Positions 1 through 13,012 are shown, numbered from the whole stretch's first letter. The stretch: 59,145 bases of DNA, filler included, from Squatina squatina (GCA_031763465.1; 3 parts of 3 records of this genome joined end to end with filler, not necessarily neighbours in it), one strand, 5' to 3'. Notes: generated from the letters alone by a model not told the origin. Made by a program: numbers and translations.

Positions 1-108
1 AGCCAATCCAACAAACCAGCGTCGATCACAGAAATCTGAGGTCATTGTGTTCTCCGCACCAATAGAAATTTTCACTCCATATCAAATAATCAACTGACAG
101 ATACTCAC

Positions 109-215
109 TTGTCCAGCTTCTCCTCAGCATGGAGTTTGAGAGCTTGGTATCTCTGCTCCTCTTGTTTGACTCTAGCCAAATAATCTTGGGCACATTTCTT
201 CAATACTTCTTCATT
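109..215 (-). CDS. TACC1: TACC1 coiled-coil (TACC domain) exon, [35 protein letters not shown](K)
   Basis: Near-identical to recalled human TACC1 [36 protein letters not shown]; AG acceptor at 216-217 and GTGAGT donor on the minus strand; synteny with FGFR1 and NSD3. Confidence 0.92.
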
Positions 216-370
216 CTTTAGGACAAGACAGAAAACGGGTTGCTTTACTTTTGTCACATGAGATGCGGCGAAAGGGAACGCTTTTTTTTTTAATATCTCC
301 ATCGGGATTTTCTTCAACATTTTTAACTCATGGCATGCTTTAAGGAAGACGAAAGAAAAGTGACGTGTAC

Positions 371-531
371 CTTTTTGAATCCTTCTAGCACCCCTTTCAT
401 GTTCTCGTACCTCCTGAAGAGATCTGATAAGGACCTCTCCACTGAATTAAGGTCTGCCAGAGCCTGGTCCTTCTCCGTGATCAGCTGTTGCATGGACGTC
501 TGAGAAGCCATTTTATTCTTCTGTTCATCTT
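371..531 (-). CDS. TACC1: TACC1 exon, (E)[53 protein letters not shown]
   Basis: Matches TACC1 [35 protein letters not shown]; CAG acceptor and GT donor; splices in frame to 109-215 across a 155-bp intron. Confidence 0.92.
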
Positions 532-1119
532 CTGTGGGCAAGAATGGATGAATGGTCATGCCAGGCACCTTGAGGCTGGGTAAAGACTTCACTTACATTT
601 AATTTGGTATTCCTAGTGATGCCTATGTACAACAAACTGGGCAGACAAGGGATCTAGTACTGAGCCCTGTGGGACTNNNNNNNNNNNNNNNNNNNNNNNN
701 NNNNNNNNNNNNNNNNNNNNNNNNNNNNNNNNNNNNNNNNNNNNNNNNNNNNNNNNNNNNNNNNNNNNNNNNNNNNCATGATTTATATATCGTTTTCCCT
801 CAACCTGTTCTCAGGGGAGTTCTTTGGTGATTGTTGGCATTCCTAGTTTAAAAATCAAATGCTAAGACCTTTATCTTGATCTTTACTCACATCAGTCAAT
901 CAGACAACAAGCAGTCTCAGGGGTGTGATTAATTTGGGTAATGTGTGAAAATAATTCCGTCACTTTATTCAAGCATGTAATCAATATGTAGGCAGAACAC
1001 CAATGCATTATTACATTGCTTTGATGTATATTATTTTGACTGTGATCTAATGGGCATTTTATATGAATTAGAATCTGTGAATTTATGTTAACAGAGCACC
1101 AGAACCTAAAGGAATATTC

Positions 1120-1430
1120 AAATGTATTGAGTCCCTCACCACATCTTTGAGAAACATCTCAAAGCACATTGCTTACAATGAATTAACTTTGCAACAACTG
1201 CTATAATAGGCAAATACAGCAGCCATTTGGCACACAGCAAGACCCCTTAGACTGAAGTGAGATGGAAGACCAGTTGATCTATAGTTGGTGGGGTTGCTTG
1301 AGGGAGCAATATCAGGAGAAGTCCCTGCTCTTCTTTGATTAGAGCCATGGCATCTTTTATCTCCAACTGAACCAGCAGAACAAGTGGAGGGACCTTGGTT
1401 TGATGTTTCATCCAAAAGCTGGAGCAATAG
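1120..1430 (-). mobile_element. DeuSINE/SacSINE1-like SINE, decayed
   Basis: Reverse complement of the Deu-type core (ggagaagtccctgctcttctttg...gccatggcatctttt) plus the L2-like tail; same family as 18017-18300, 41760-41880 and 53710-53930. Confidence 0.6.
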
Positions 1431-2716
1431 GTGGGAGCTTTTGGAATTTTAACTCAGGTTTTTTGACATTTCCTCAGAACTTCCTTCCAAACTTGTCCAC
1501 TTAAAAACAACGAGCGGTATGAGCATTGAGTGAGCAGGTCCTGCCGTGCACATTCCACTCACATTAGTGTCATTGAAAAAAAAAAGAGGGGGATGTGTGT
1601 CCCACACCAACTCAAATCCTGTCTGACCAAGTCCCAGAATGTCTGGCCAAACGCAAAGAGGCCAAACCCACCACACTTTGGACTGGTTTCACCGAGCAAA
1701 GTGAACACTGACCATTGGGACATGATTGGTTTAAGCCTATAATACTCCCGTCCATTGCCGAAGCCTTAAAGCAAGAAACATGTGGGATCTAGCCACACAT
1801 TAACCCAGCCACATTTGTGGCTGCCTTTGACTCCAATATGCATTGCAAGACGCCTGCTCCACTTCAGAAAAATAACATATTTATCCTAAGACTTTTATTA
1901 TATGGAACATGTAGCCTTACAAAGAACAGGCTGCTTTAACTGTCTGAACAAAAGGCATCTTGAAAGAGGCCCATATGATTATGATTGAAAAGTGGCGTCA
2001 GCAAGTTGAAGGAGTGTTCAAAGAATGCATGTGGAAATGATTACCAGTGAACTTCCTTATTATAAACCTAACTGAACTTACTAATGTAGTTATGCTCAAG
2101 TCCATTCCTAATAACAGAGTGCCAATGGAGTTCCTCCCAAAGCCCCTTAAAATACCTCATACTTTAGATCCTGTTTAATGGAGCAGTGCAAGACTTGCCA
2201 GGAACCTCCAGCCCTAATGGGTTACCAACTCGTTTAAATGCTTGCGAAAGAGACAACATGAAAATCTGCCGACTGCACAGTGCGTCTATCTATCCTTCAA
2301 AAAAAAAACAGGAATGCCACAACAGGACACAGGATGGCAGGAGGACGAGAATTGTTACCAAAGCTTCTCAAATTTGACCGAGTCTGCCCTCGCGATTTAA
2401 CCACATAAGCCGTATTTTTAACTGCAACCTTCTCGCAAATATAAAGTGCTTTGCCAGCCCTTGAACATATGGCATTACAGGGCACTGCATCTGGGACTAT
2501 TTAACATGACTTGGCTTCGAGGGGAAACAAAAATCAGTCGACAGGATTGATGGAGGCAGGAGGAGGATTTGCTGACTCAGTATTTGGTGCTTCCTACATC
2601 TTAAGTCGTGTCTGGTNNNNNNNNNNNNNNNNNNNNNNNNNNNNNNNNNNNNNNNNNNNNNNNNNNNNNNNNNNNNNNNNNNNNNNNNNNNNNNNNNNNN
2701 NNNNNNNNNNNNNNNN

Positions 2717-2826
2717 TCAGGCGGGAAAGTGGAGTTGAGGTTGAAGATCGGCCATGGTCTTAGTGAATGGCGGAGCAGGCTCGAGGGGCCGGTGTGGCCT
2801 ACTCTAGCTCCTAATTCTTATGTTCT
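2717..2826 (+). mobile_element. CR1-type LINE 3' end
   Basis: gaatggcggagcaggctcgaggggcc...ggcctactctagctcctaattcttatgttct tail, which recurs at 30840-30950 and other sites. Confidence 0.7.
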
Positions 2827-4163
2827 GGGCCTGGTCAGTATGGCTTCCCCAGTATTACTGTGGTCAGCGAGGGAGCTGATCATTGTTTTTAAATTAAGAC
2901 TTAAGTGCGCCCATCTCCAGTTACATTCGCACCGAAACAAAAACCTTGACGGAGTGACTCGAGCAAAAGGGCTGGTTGTGTTAAATTGTCACGTTTATTC
3001 ACTATAACAGGGCCAGAGAAGAGCGCGGGAGAGTCTGGTTGATAAGATGTATTGAAAATAAGTCCCTGGCACTGCGTTGGGTATCTTTGTGATTGAAGGC
3101 CTTGTTTAGGGTACCTCAGGCGCGAGCAGACGTGTTGCAGGTATGGTCCCCGTGGCAGCTGCTGTATCCTCGGTGGAATGAGTTTGAGCAGAATCAGCCG
3201 GGGCTGCCAGTGGATTTGGGTTCACAGCACATGGGAGAGTGGGGGCGGGATAAAGCCCTCGTCACAGCTAACACCAAAAAAACAAGTAAATAAACCGGTG
3301 GATAGAGAGATACAACTGGTCAGAAAACCAGTGGATGGTTAGAGAGGATTGTATGTCGGCCTCAAACTGTGTGGAGCTTGCTGGGTGCCGAGCAAACAGG
3401 GCAACAAGCCAAAAAGCCTCACTTAATTGAAATTGTCTTTTTTCAGCTAGGGGAGGATTAAATCCTCGGACCCTTAATCTGCAGTGGGCTGTTCACAGGC
3501 GAAAGCACATTCTTATCTTGGCAACGTTATACGATTCGCACCCTGCTTCCGGAGGAGACCGAAACTCCTTGGCAACAGCCAGGACAAGAGAGCCAGCCTT
3601 GCACTGGGAAACGCTATTGAATTCCGAATAATAGAAATCCCGGACGGAATACAGGCCGGACTGAAGCCTGGTCGGCCACTAGAATAGTGAGGGAAAAGTC
3701 GGTGCGTTGAATATTGTTCAAGAAATGCCACGGGGACAATGTTCACTGGAAGCTTAACCCTCCGTGGCCTCAGCTCAGCCCAGTTCATCAGGGTTGACAT
3801 GCCTGTGTTTCAGTATCTTTTGCTGTCTCCCTTTGGAAGGAAAAGCCATGTTAAAATCAGCTGTGCACCTTCAGGAGTTTTCTTTCAGCTGAACTATACT
3901 CCACTGTACGAGGCAGGTTATCTTCTCCCAGACATTACGTAGAGACCGTAGAACCACACAGCACAGGAGGAGGCCATTTGGCCCATTGGGCCTGTGCCGG
4001 CCCTTTGAANNNNNNNNNNNNNNNNNNNNNNNNNNNNNNNNNNNNNNNNNNNNNNNNNNNNNNNNNNNNNNNNNNNNNNNNNNNNNNNNNNNNNNNNNNN
4101 NNNNNNNNNCTGGAGCACAAATGGTGATACATCGGGCCATCCGAGAGCAGAAGCAGTAGTGGA

Positions 4164-4254
4164 ATGATCAGCTGCATTCACTTGGTGTGCTGGGCTGTGC
4201 TTGGCATGGTGGCCCTTTCCATGGCACGGCCAGCACTGACCTTACCAGAGCAAG
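4164..4254 (+). CDS. FGFR1: FGFR1 first coding exon (signal peptide MISCIHLVCWAVLGMVALSMARPALTLPEQ-G)
   Basis: Aligns with human FGFR1 [30 protein letters not shown]; 91 coding nt ending in phase 1 at a GTAAGA donor, as recalled for human; expected position and orientation between TACC1 and NSD3. Confidence 0.88.
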
Positions 4255-4611
4255 GTAAGAATTTCTTATCCCTTCTTCAGCCTGGGACTAAACTGGGAAG
4301 TAATGCTTTCAAGATGTGTTGGAAGGACTATGCTGGTGCTCATTTCTGATGTCTTCCACAAAACAAATCATGTGTTGAGTGACTTGTCTGCACTGTGCTG
4401 GTGAGCTGAAGATGGGTGAAATCTTTGCCGTGCATTGTGTGCTTGTCAGGGTGAGTGATGTTTGAACTAGGGGCATTGGGACAGTCTCCATTGCAGGCAC
4501 CCAGTGTCTGCATCAAAGAATCCCAGGCCCAGTATAGTGTGGGTAGATGCAAACTGAAGCCCCATCTCCTCTTCCCCAGCCATGTTCCTCAGACACACTT
4601 TCAAACCTTCT

Positions 4612-4674
4612 GCTCAGTGGGTTGCACTCTCGTCCCTTGAGTCAGAAGGTTGTGGGTTCGGCCCCCACTGCAGG
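4612..4674 (+). mobile_element. tRNA-derived SINE head
   Basis: gctcagtgggttgcactctc...tgagtcagaaggttgtgggttcggccccact, with A/B-box-like head; same head at 32255-32320 and 53710. Confidence 0.6.
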
Positions 4675-5443
4675 NNNNNNNNNNNNNNNNNNNNNNNNNN
4701 NNNNNNNNNNNNNNNNNNNNNNNNNNNNNNNNNNNNNNNNNNNNNNNNNNNNNNNNNNNNNNNNNNNNNNNNNNGTCCGTCTTGGTTTCCCGTTGCCAGT
4801 TCTGTACCTTTTCGGAGCAGCAACAGGCTTCCAGACAGGGCCGCCTTTGACTTCGGCGGAAGCAAAGGACTGCTCGAGGCTGGGTCCCGGGGATCTGCAG
4901 GAGCGGAGAGCTGAGCCGGGGGAGGAGGCAGCCCATTGATGTGGCCTGTTGGGTTGCGGCTGGCTGGCACTGCGGCCTCACTCCTGTGGGTTCTGCCCAC
5001 ACGGTGGGTTCTGGAGCTCTCGGCCGCGGTGCCAAGTGTGGGCGAGGCATTCACTGCCCTGTGCTGGCGGGAACAGACCCGAACAGCCAACGGGCATTTC
5101 TCAGTGGGTCTGTGACCGAGACACTAACCTGGGGAGCAAAGTCATCTCCCCATCGGAGAATAGGGGCCTGGCTTCAAAGGAAGGCAGCGGGGGTGGGAGT
5201 TGAACTATTTTTGGATGTGGGGGTGGGAAGAAGAGTAAACAGTCAGTTTTAAAATGTCTCCCCGGTCCTGAGGAGAATCCTGGCTTACTTGTTCACTGTG
5301 TCTGATTCCGGTACATGTCTTTCCCTCCCCCCCACCCCATGAGGCTCCTCATCCTGCGCGTCGCCTATTCTTCTCCCTTAATCCCTTCCTGGTTTCCGTA
5401 AAACCCTTAATGAAAACCTGTGCTGATTGCGTGGCACCATCCT

Positions 5444-5594
5444 TAGAGTGACCAGATTTTAAGCATTCAGGCACCGCATGCACAGTCGGGTCTCCGTCTC
5501 TCGCTCGCTAGAAACTGGGACATTTCAGCCATTTTTCAGGTAGTTGTCGGGACGCTGGGACGTTTGCTGAAAACCGGGACGTCTGGTCACCCTG
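5444..5594. mobile_element. hAT (Blackjack-like) MITE, 151 bp
   Basis: Terminal inverted repeats TAGAGTGACCAGA ... TCTGGTCACCCTG (11/13); degenerate 8-bp target-site duplication ACCATCCT/GCCGTCCT; repeated subterminal GGGAC motifs. Confidence 0.7.
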
Positions 5595-6247
5595 GCCGTC
5601 CTGAACTTGGCAAGAGCAGGCTTTTGGCGTGTCCTTTTAATGTTGCTGTCGCCGTGACGACCGCGAAGGAAGACGGCCTGGCGATGGGACTCGATCCCGC
5701 TGGCCGGGAGCGGTTGTAGTGTGACGCGCAGTTCCCCCGCCCCTTGATACTGCGGTTCGCCAGTGACTTTTCAATGGTTCAGCAGCGAGAGAGAAAGAGC
5801 TTGCTTTTTTTTTCCCTGCTTAATGAACGAGTCCGGGGGAAGCTCTGTGGTCTCTGGCAGCGAGCCGGCCATTAAATTCCGAATCACGCCGCGGCCATTT
5901 GTAAACGCGAGCCCACGCCACGATTCAGAAAGCCTGTCTCGAGCACATTTCCGGTCGGGATTTGTGGGACTCGATGGCATGTGTGCTTCACTTCAGGAAA
6001 TGCCTTCAGCAGCCCTCGCCACCCCCCAGTCGAAAAGAATAGGGGAGGAGGAACGATGGGGGGAGATGGAAATGGGGAAGGGGAGGGGTGGGGGGTGTGG
6101 GGGGGAAGAGTTAACCTGCTGATGAAGGAGCTTCAATGCCGTTATTGTTAGGCCCTTTGTTTCTTTGTTGTAAGCTTTATTGCGTTGGCCCGACAGCAAA
6201 CACAGCAGTGTGCTCAGGCCTGACTGATCAATGCACTCTGAGAAAGC

Positions 6248-6276
<29 letters not shown>
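6248..6276. repeat. (CT)n microsatellite
   Basis: Direct reading. Confidence 0.95.
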
Positions 6277-6278
<2 letters not shown>

Positions 6279-8689
6279 CTCCATTCAGATACAGCAGAGC
6301 ACAGAGCGAAGGAAATGAGGAGGAGGGGACGAGGCCCCGGGTTGNNNNNNNNNNNNNNNNNNNNNNNNNNNNNNNNNNNNNNNNNNNNNNNNNNNNNNNN
6401 NNNNNNNNNNNNNNNNNNNNNNNNNNNNNNNNNNNNNNNNNNNNCCCACAATGTAGATGAACAGGTCTGTGTCCTTCTGTCTTTGAGCTGCCTTCCTTGT
6501 GTTTCTGCTTTGATATTTGTCATTTACATGTCTCCTTTCTTTCTGTCTCTGAAACCTGAATGGACTCCCTGGCGCTATCATCTACTGTGTCCATTGTGTT
6601 TTTGCCCTGGCCACCGTTAGTACCTTGTAAACCAGAGAATCCCAGGGGGTTTACAGCGCAGGAGGAGGCCATTAGGCTCGGCATGCCTGTGCCAACCCAC
6701 TGCTGGAGCAGTCAAAGGCCGATGAGAAACGGCCGAAAAATGACGGGACGGGAGACGTGCAGCTGGTGGATCGAGACTGTCCCTCTGCCCTGCTCTCTCT
6801 CCCTAAAGCTAGAGGAACCGTAAGCCACAGAAATTCACAGCCCTGGGCCTGCTCGTCTCCCGCTGCATTCAGTGAAAACGTTTCCCCGCAAAAGGTCTTT
6901 AAGGAACGTCAAATTGTTGTTTTAATACAACAGATTTGCCGTCTTCGAAACCAGTCATAATGAGTGGTTCTGCTAGGCACGTCCCCCGCGATGTCACAGA
7001 AGCAGCTTTAACTGACTTTCTTCGGCTGTCCGGTTACTTGTTAGAATTTCTTTGTCCATCTATTGTCTTTTAGAGTGGCTCTCCAAACCATTGCTGTGCT
7101 CCAGTCAGGGCGCTGCTTGTTTCTTAGAATGGCTGCACAGGCTGGCGGATAAATAGTCGGCGCAGCTGAATTGGCAAAGCTTCAACACAAATGTCGTATT
7201 TGAGTTGCGCAGCTTGGCCCATTCAAGATTGTAGTGTATTTGCCTCGTGGATTCTTTGCTAAAGAGTTCACAGCTACATATTGTTGTAAATAACCGGCTG
7301 GTTTAACGAACAAACTAAACACTCCCAGTTCATGCACACAACTGCATGCCTCCTTGTAGAGCACCTCAACTCAATGGACTGGGGTTTTATTGGGTCCTGT
7401 GAACATCATGTGACTGGCTCAGCCATTCACAATGCAACAGCACCCCTTTGAGCATGCTCAGAGGTGCACCCATTACAAAGATCACCCCACAAGTTCTGCA
7501 TGAAGTCAATCCTTGGTGTCGTCCATTCTGAGGAAGGAATGGGATTGCATCCCTAAAATCTCATGCGTTGGAAAATAACCAAATCTGTCCGGAGCCCATT
7601 TTCCAGTTGAAGAGTTCATCAACTTGGGAGTTGCCATTCAAGGCTTCCCTTTTTCCAAAGGCCCTGCATGCAGCTCAACGTGCTTTCCATCTCGCTTCTC
7701 TTTTTGTCTCGCTGTGTTCAGTAAGTACCTCGGCTTGAATCTTCCTGTCTCGTTTCTTCATTGCTTTCCCCTTCGTGTAGCTTTATGCGATCTTGACTCG
7801 TTCCGAGCATTGTGGGTCCATTTTCTCCATGAGGCCCATCGCTCGCATGTGGAGATGGGTGTGGTAAAACAAAATGGTGGCGGGTTTAACACATAACTGA
7901 AGACCTTTTTGCTTCCTAGGACAAGTCTGGACTCCTGCGGTCCTGGAAGGTCACTTGCGAGCCAGGTGTTGCCTTAACACAAAGCCTCTCGTCCTTGCTG
8001 GGGTTGGGCAAATGACACTAATAAGATGGTTTCTCCAGCTGAGTCTCTCCACAGTTCTCNNNNNNNNNNNNNNNNNNNNNNNNNNNNNNNNNNNNNNNNN
8101 NNNNNNNNNNNNNNNNNNNNNNNNNNNNNNNNNNNNNNNNNNNNNNNNNNNNNNNNNNNATGGTTCAGTGCAGGTTACCCAAAGGCTAATTAAAAATGAT
8201 AATGCAACGCTGACAGCAAAACTATTTCTCTGCCCTAAAAGTGCCTGCAAAGCAAGTAAACATTTTATTTACAGCAATTGCCATTTGCCTGACAACCTCA
8301 CCAGGCCTTGAAATCAATTCCACCAGCTGCCCGCCTGCACTTTAAGTGCGTCCCCAGCCTCTCTTTTTAAAACTTCCTTCTTTTGGGCTAAAAAAAATCA
8401 ATCTGTTTATTTATTTTTCATTTCTTCCTCTTCATTTTAAAAGGTTGCCCTTGCGAGCCATTCGTCTCCCGGCAACCGCACAGTGACTTGTGTCAGCCGG
8501 GGTCGCGGCTACACTAATGCTGTTTGACGGGCGCGGAGGCTTTGACCAGACAGCTCACCTTTTATCCAGGAAAGGACGAGTGAGGTAATGTGCAAGTGCG
8601 AGCCCGGACTGATTCTGCCTGATCTTCAGCCGTAGTGGGGGCCATATGCAGAGGAGCTTGATAATGTCCTCCCAGCGTCCGCACCACTT

Positions 8690-9060
8690 GCATTCATATA
8701 GCCCCTTTGACGTCGTTAAACCTCCCAAGGAGCTTTGCAGGAGCGTCATCAGATGTAAATTGACACCGAGCCACATCAAGAGACATTGGGACAGGCGACC
8801 GACAGCTTGGTCGAGGAGGGTGGATTAAACGACCGTCGCAGAGAAGGAGAGAGGCGAGACGTTTCGAGAGGGAATTCCAGAGCTTAGGCTGAAGGCGCGA
8901 TCGCCAATGGTGGAGCCATTAAAATCGGGGATGCGCAAGAGGCCAGAATTGAAGAGCGCAGAGATCTCGGAGGACTGGAGGAGGGTACAGAGAAAGGGAG
9001 AGGGGTGGGTGGGTGGGCAACACACGCATGCACAGAAGGAGATATTAGGACAGGGGTCAA
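8690..9060 (-). mobile_element. L2-type LINE 3' fragment
   Basis: Minus-strand translation SGLLRIPDFNGSTIGDRAFS resembles the L2 ORF2 C-terminus; similar to the 3' part of 16815-17916. Confidence 0.7.
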
Positions 9061-9260
9061 GGGTGGAGTGCACTGGCTAATTATCCCCACCCGAACAAAC
9101 CCAGGAGAATTGAGGCTAATTCTGACCTCTTCCGCACCACCACCCCCACCGCCTTCAGCTGCCACGCCAGTAGAGACCCCCCCCCGCACCCCATGCCAGC
9201 TGAGATCAGCACAACACTGAAGCTGGTGAATAGCTCATCGCCAGTTCTGCTCCTATTTAC

Positions 9261-9376
9261 AGTCTCCAGTTCAGCGAAGGTCCCTTTGCTAGCTGAGGAG
9301 GTAATTGGACCCAATGGGATGTTTCCAGCCATACAGATTGAGGGATATCTCGATGTCAAAACCTGCATCTGTGCTC
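9261..9376 (-). CDS. Possible late exon of LETM2 (…SRYPSICMAGNIPLGPITSSASKGTFAELET)
   Basis: Short similarity to recalled human LETM2 PISLPKGPITSS; GTAAAT donor; strand and position between FGFR1 and NSD3 fit LETM2; acceptor is weak. Confidence 0.25.
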
Positions 9377-10889
9377 CTGTTATGTACTGGGAATAGGTTT
9401 TGACTTCATGCAAGGTCTCAGGAACCNNNNNNNNNNNNNNNNNNNNNNNNNNNNNNNNNNNNNNNNNNNNNNNNNNNNNNNNNNNNNNNNNNNNNNNNNN
9501 NNNNNNNNNNNNNNNNNNNNNNNNNNAATAATTCACGAGACAATGTATTGGTGGTATAAGTGGTGTATAAAGTTGTTCAATCTGACTCCAGTTTTTCCTG
9601 CTGAGCTTGATACTTGTACTAAGCAAATTTCTTGGCTTGAGGATCACGCTGGTTATGAGATAAAAACGTATTACGTCCTGATTTCCCCTTCAGCTGTTGT
9701 TTATCCTGATAGAAATTCGGTGCGTGCCAGCGTGCCATATTGGCCTAGTTCTCACCAAAACAGGTGTTGTAGGTAGCGCCAGCGCCGCCGGCTGTCCTGG
9801 CAAGCTTTGCAGGTACTCCTGTGTACGTTGTTATTTAGTACACAAATGACGTCTTGCAAATGACATTGGAAGCTGGCACTCGGTATCTAGGTTCATGCAT
9901 GAGGAATGGCTATTTGGATAAGGTGCCAGAGACTGCAGTTGCCTGTGGACCCATACCCCAGCATGAATTGGCTCCCCCTCGCCCCCGCAACATGAGAAAA
10001 TGTTTCGACAGGGGGAGAAAAAAGCCTCTTGCAACATGGCCCTTTACCAAACGCTGCGTTGTTTAAAAGCCTTACTCAGCCTTTAATGCTCACTGAAGCT
10101 TTTAAAGCCATGCAGTCCAGGACTCCAAATGCAACAAGGTGGCAGCGTTGGATAGTATGTGTTCTGAGAAGATAAAAAGATAGCTTGTGGCATAATATGA
10201 GACTGTGAGCACGTAAACTCACAGAGAAGCATCACTGAATTGGATTGTTGCAGTATGATTAAAATTCATTTAAAGAGTGGATACAAAGTGATTGTTGAAA
10301 TTGATAGGAGCCTTTTTAATATTGGCTTGACCAAAATGGCATTATCCAAACCAGTGGAGCCCCAGTCATGTTTTTCACCTCCAGTTCAGGATGTCAGACT
10401 ATTTCTTTCATGGCAGTGCAATAAATCATAGATGCTCTTTGTTCACCAAAGATTTGGAGGCTAAAAATAATTTGTTCACATTTTTGACAATACAAATTTT
10501 ATTTTTCACCTAGTGTTTCACTGAAAGACTCATTTGTTGTTAAACAGTACATTTAAAGTTTTCTATCTATTTTCATAAGGATGGTTTCCCAGCACAAGTG
10601 ATTACTTTTGATTGAAGATCAGAGCAACACCCAGGGGCGGGGTTCCACTTTTATAAATTGGGTGAGGATATAAATTTGTACATGTTTTTTATTCCACAAA
10701 ATAAGCACCATCAGCTCAGTTTCCAATCATCCCCACTAATACCATTTCATAATTTGCCAATGCCAGGTGTGTTCTTTTGTTGCCCAAATACAAGAATGTT
10801 GTAAAATGCTCCATCTAGTGGGCTCAACAGAACTTGTGAAAGATGTTGTCTGAAATTTGTGTGGTGTAAATGTTAGTCAAGTCTGGTAT

Positions 10890-10965
10890 TAAGAAACATA
10901 GAAACATAGAAAATAGGTGCAGGAGTAGGCCATTAGGCCCTTCGAGCCTGCACCGCCATTCAATA
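10890..10965 (-). mobile_element. CR1-type LINE 3' tail
   Basis: agaaacatagaaacatagaaaataggtgcaggagtaggccattaggcccttcgagcctgcaccgccattcaata, essentially identical to 32581-32656. Confidence 0.75.
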
Positions 10966-11356
10966 NNNNNNNNNNNNNNNNNNNNNNNNNNNNNNNNNNN
11001 NNNNNNNNNNNNNNNNNNNNNNNNNNNNNNNNNNNNNNNNNNNNNNNNNNNNNNNNNNNNNNNNNCAAATGGCTCCGATGACCGCTTTAGAGAAGGTCCA
11101 ATTTTTGCTTTGCTTGTTTCAGAAAGTGATTTTGTTTCAACTGAAGGGGAGGGAGGCTCGCTCTGTATCTTGTCTGTTCTACCTTAGGTGCATAAAATGC
11201 TCTGGCTGAATAGGGCAGCTGATGCGGAGAGAAAAGATGTGGGTTCCTGCTCAGAAATCATACAAGTCCCTGTTCTTGTTCCCTCTCTGTGGGGAGGGAG
11301 GGAGGGAGGGATGGAACGTGAGCAGCTGAGTCATTCTGTGCACCAANNNNNNNNNN

Positions 11357-11515
11357 GGTGCAGTATAGGGTGGTGGCGGGGAGGGGGTGCAGTGCAGGAT
11401 GGTCGCGGGGAGTGGGTGCAGTGCAGGATGGTAGCGGGGATGGGGGAGCGGGCTGCAGTGTAGGGTGGTGGTGGCAGGTGTGGGGTGCAGTGCAGAGTGG
11501 TGGTGGGGAGGGGAT
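11357..11515. repeat. G-rich imperfect minisatellite (ggtgcagtgcaggatggt… units)
   Basis: About 5 degenerate copies read directly. Confidence 0.6.
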
Positions 11516-12523
11516 AGGGAGAAATTTCAGCATTGACATTTTCTGTTTAGAGTAGACAAACGTTGCTAAAGAAGCACTTTCTTATTCATTATAAAAAAAA
11601 AAAATTTGTTGATCACTCTTCTACTTGGTGACGTGTAGTGCTTCCAACGCCTTAATTTCGTTCTTGGGTTCTGTTTTGCAGCCATCACTTCAAATATGCA
11701 AGCATTGCTCGCTGAAGCAACCCATCAATTTGCAATATTATATGGTGACGTATATTCTTGCAGCTTTTCGCTGTTTATTGAGTTTTTTCATTCCCCCTCT
11801 TGAAGCCACTGCCTCCTGTTGAAGTGTTTGCTTGATGTCGGCGCATGCACATATTCCAGCAGGGGCTGTCATAATCAGTAGGGCAAGGCCTGCCTGATGA
11901 TTAATTTCTTTCTCTTTCTACTCCCATCCACTTTGTAACCCCTGAAGTCAATTGTGTCACATTAGCCGAATGAAGTATCTCCATTTAGACCACAGTCTAC
12001 TTCTAATAATTCCAAGTTGCTTAAAAAAAATTGAATCAGCCAATAATTTGAATTAACAACGTATGTGGGAATTTAAAAAAAAAGAATTATCGTATAGTTT
12101 AAATAAGGCAACTTTGTATTGAATAGGCTGTCGAGTACAACCCGAGGGCCTTGCTGGTGGTATCTGGGGATTAACATTACACTGAGTGGTGCATTAACCC
12201 ATTAAGTCTGTTTAGATGTTTTTATTTGCCAAATAAGATCAGCAGGGAATTCTCTACAAATGTCACAATGGAAAGGTAGTCGTGTGGTAGAAATACCATT
12301 CTTTGCTTGAAATTAAATTGGTGTAAGTCGATGCTTAGCCTTTATTTATAAAAAAAAAGATAAAATAACGGGCACCTTGCGAGTTGCTTTAAAATATATT
12401 CAGTGATGCAGTGTTTTCCGTGATTGCTGAGATGCCATTATGATGGCAGCTTTGCACTGCTGAGAGCTGACTGAAGGAATGAAAGCCGATTCTGATATTT
12501 GAAAATCACGGAAGAAGTATTGG

Positions 12524-13012
12524 CAGAGTTTAGCTCATTATGAAAGGACCAGAGTCTAGTATTTGAATTCTGAGTTATAGCATGTGTTGAAGATGTGTAT
12601 GGGGGACTATCCATGGATCTGAAACAGATGAGTCTAACGTCATGGGACCCCAATTGGTCGGGTGGTGAATTGATCCGGGGCTCGGTATTTTAGCGCCGGC
12701 TCTGGAACATTGTCTTCTGGCTCCCATTTGGGGTCTTTCTCGGTTTTACGGGTCAGCACAATGTGGCAGCGCTATCGAAGTGCTGATCCGGTGCTCAGCT
12801 GTCGAATGCGGCACAGCGTCGGCAACATGGCTAGCACCACATTGCCAAGGCCGGCGGGCTGGCGTCAGCCACAGCCTCAGAGTTTAGCTCATTATGAAAG
12901 GACCAGAGTCTGGTATTTGAATTCTGAGTTATAGCATGTGTTGAAAATGTGTATGGGGGACTATCCATGGATCTGCAACACATGAGTCTTAACGTCATGG
13001 GACCCCAATTGG
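12524..13012 (+). repeat. Two ~134-bp direct repeats (12524-12657 and 12878-13012)
   Basis: cagagtttagctcattatgaaaggaccagagtc…catgggaccccaattgg occurs twice with only a few mismatches. Confidence 0.9.
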
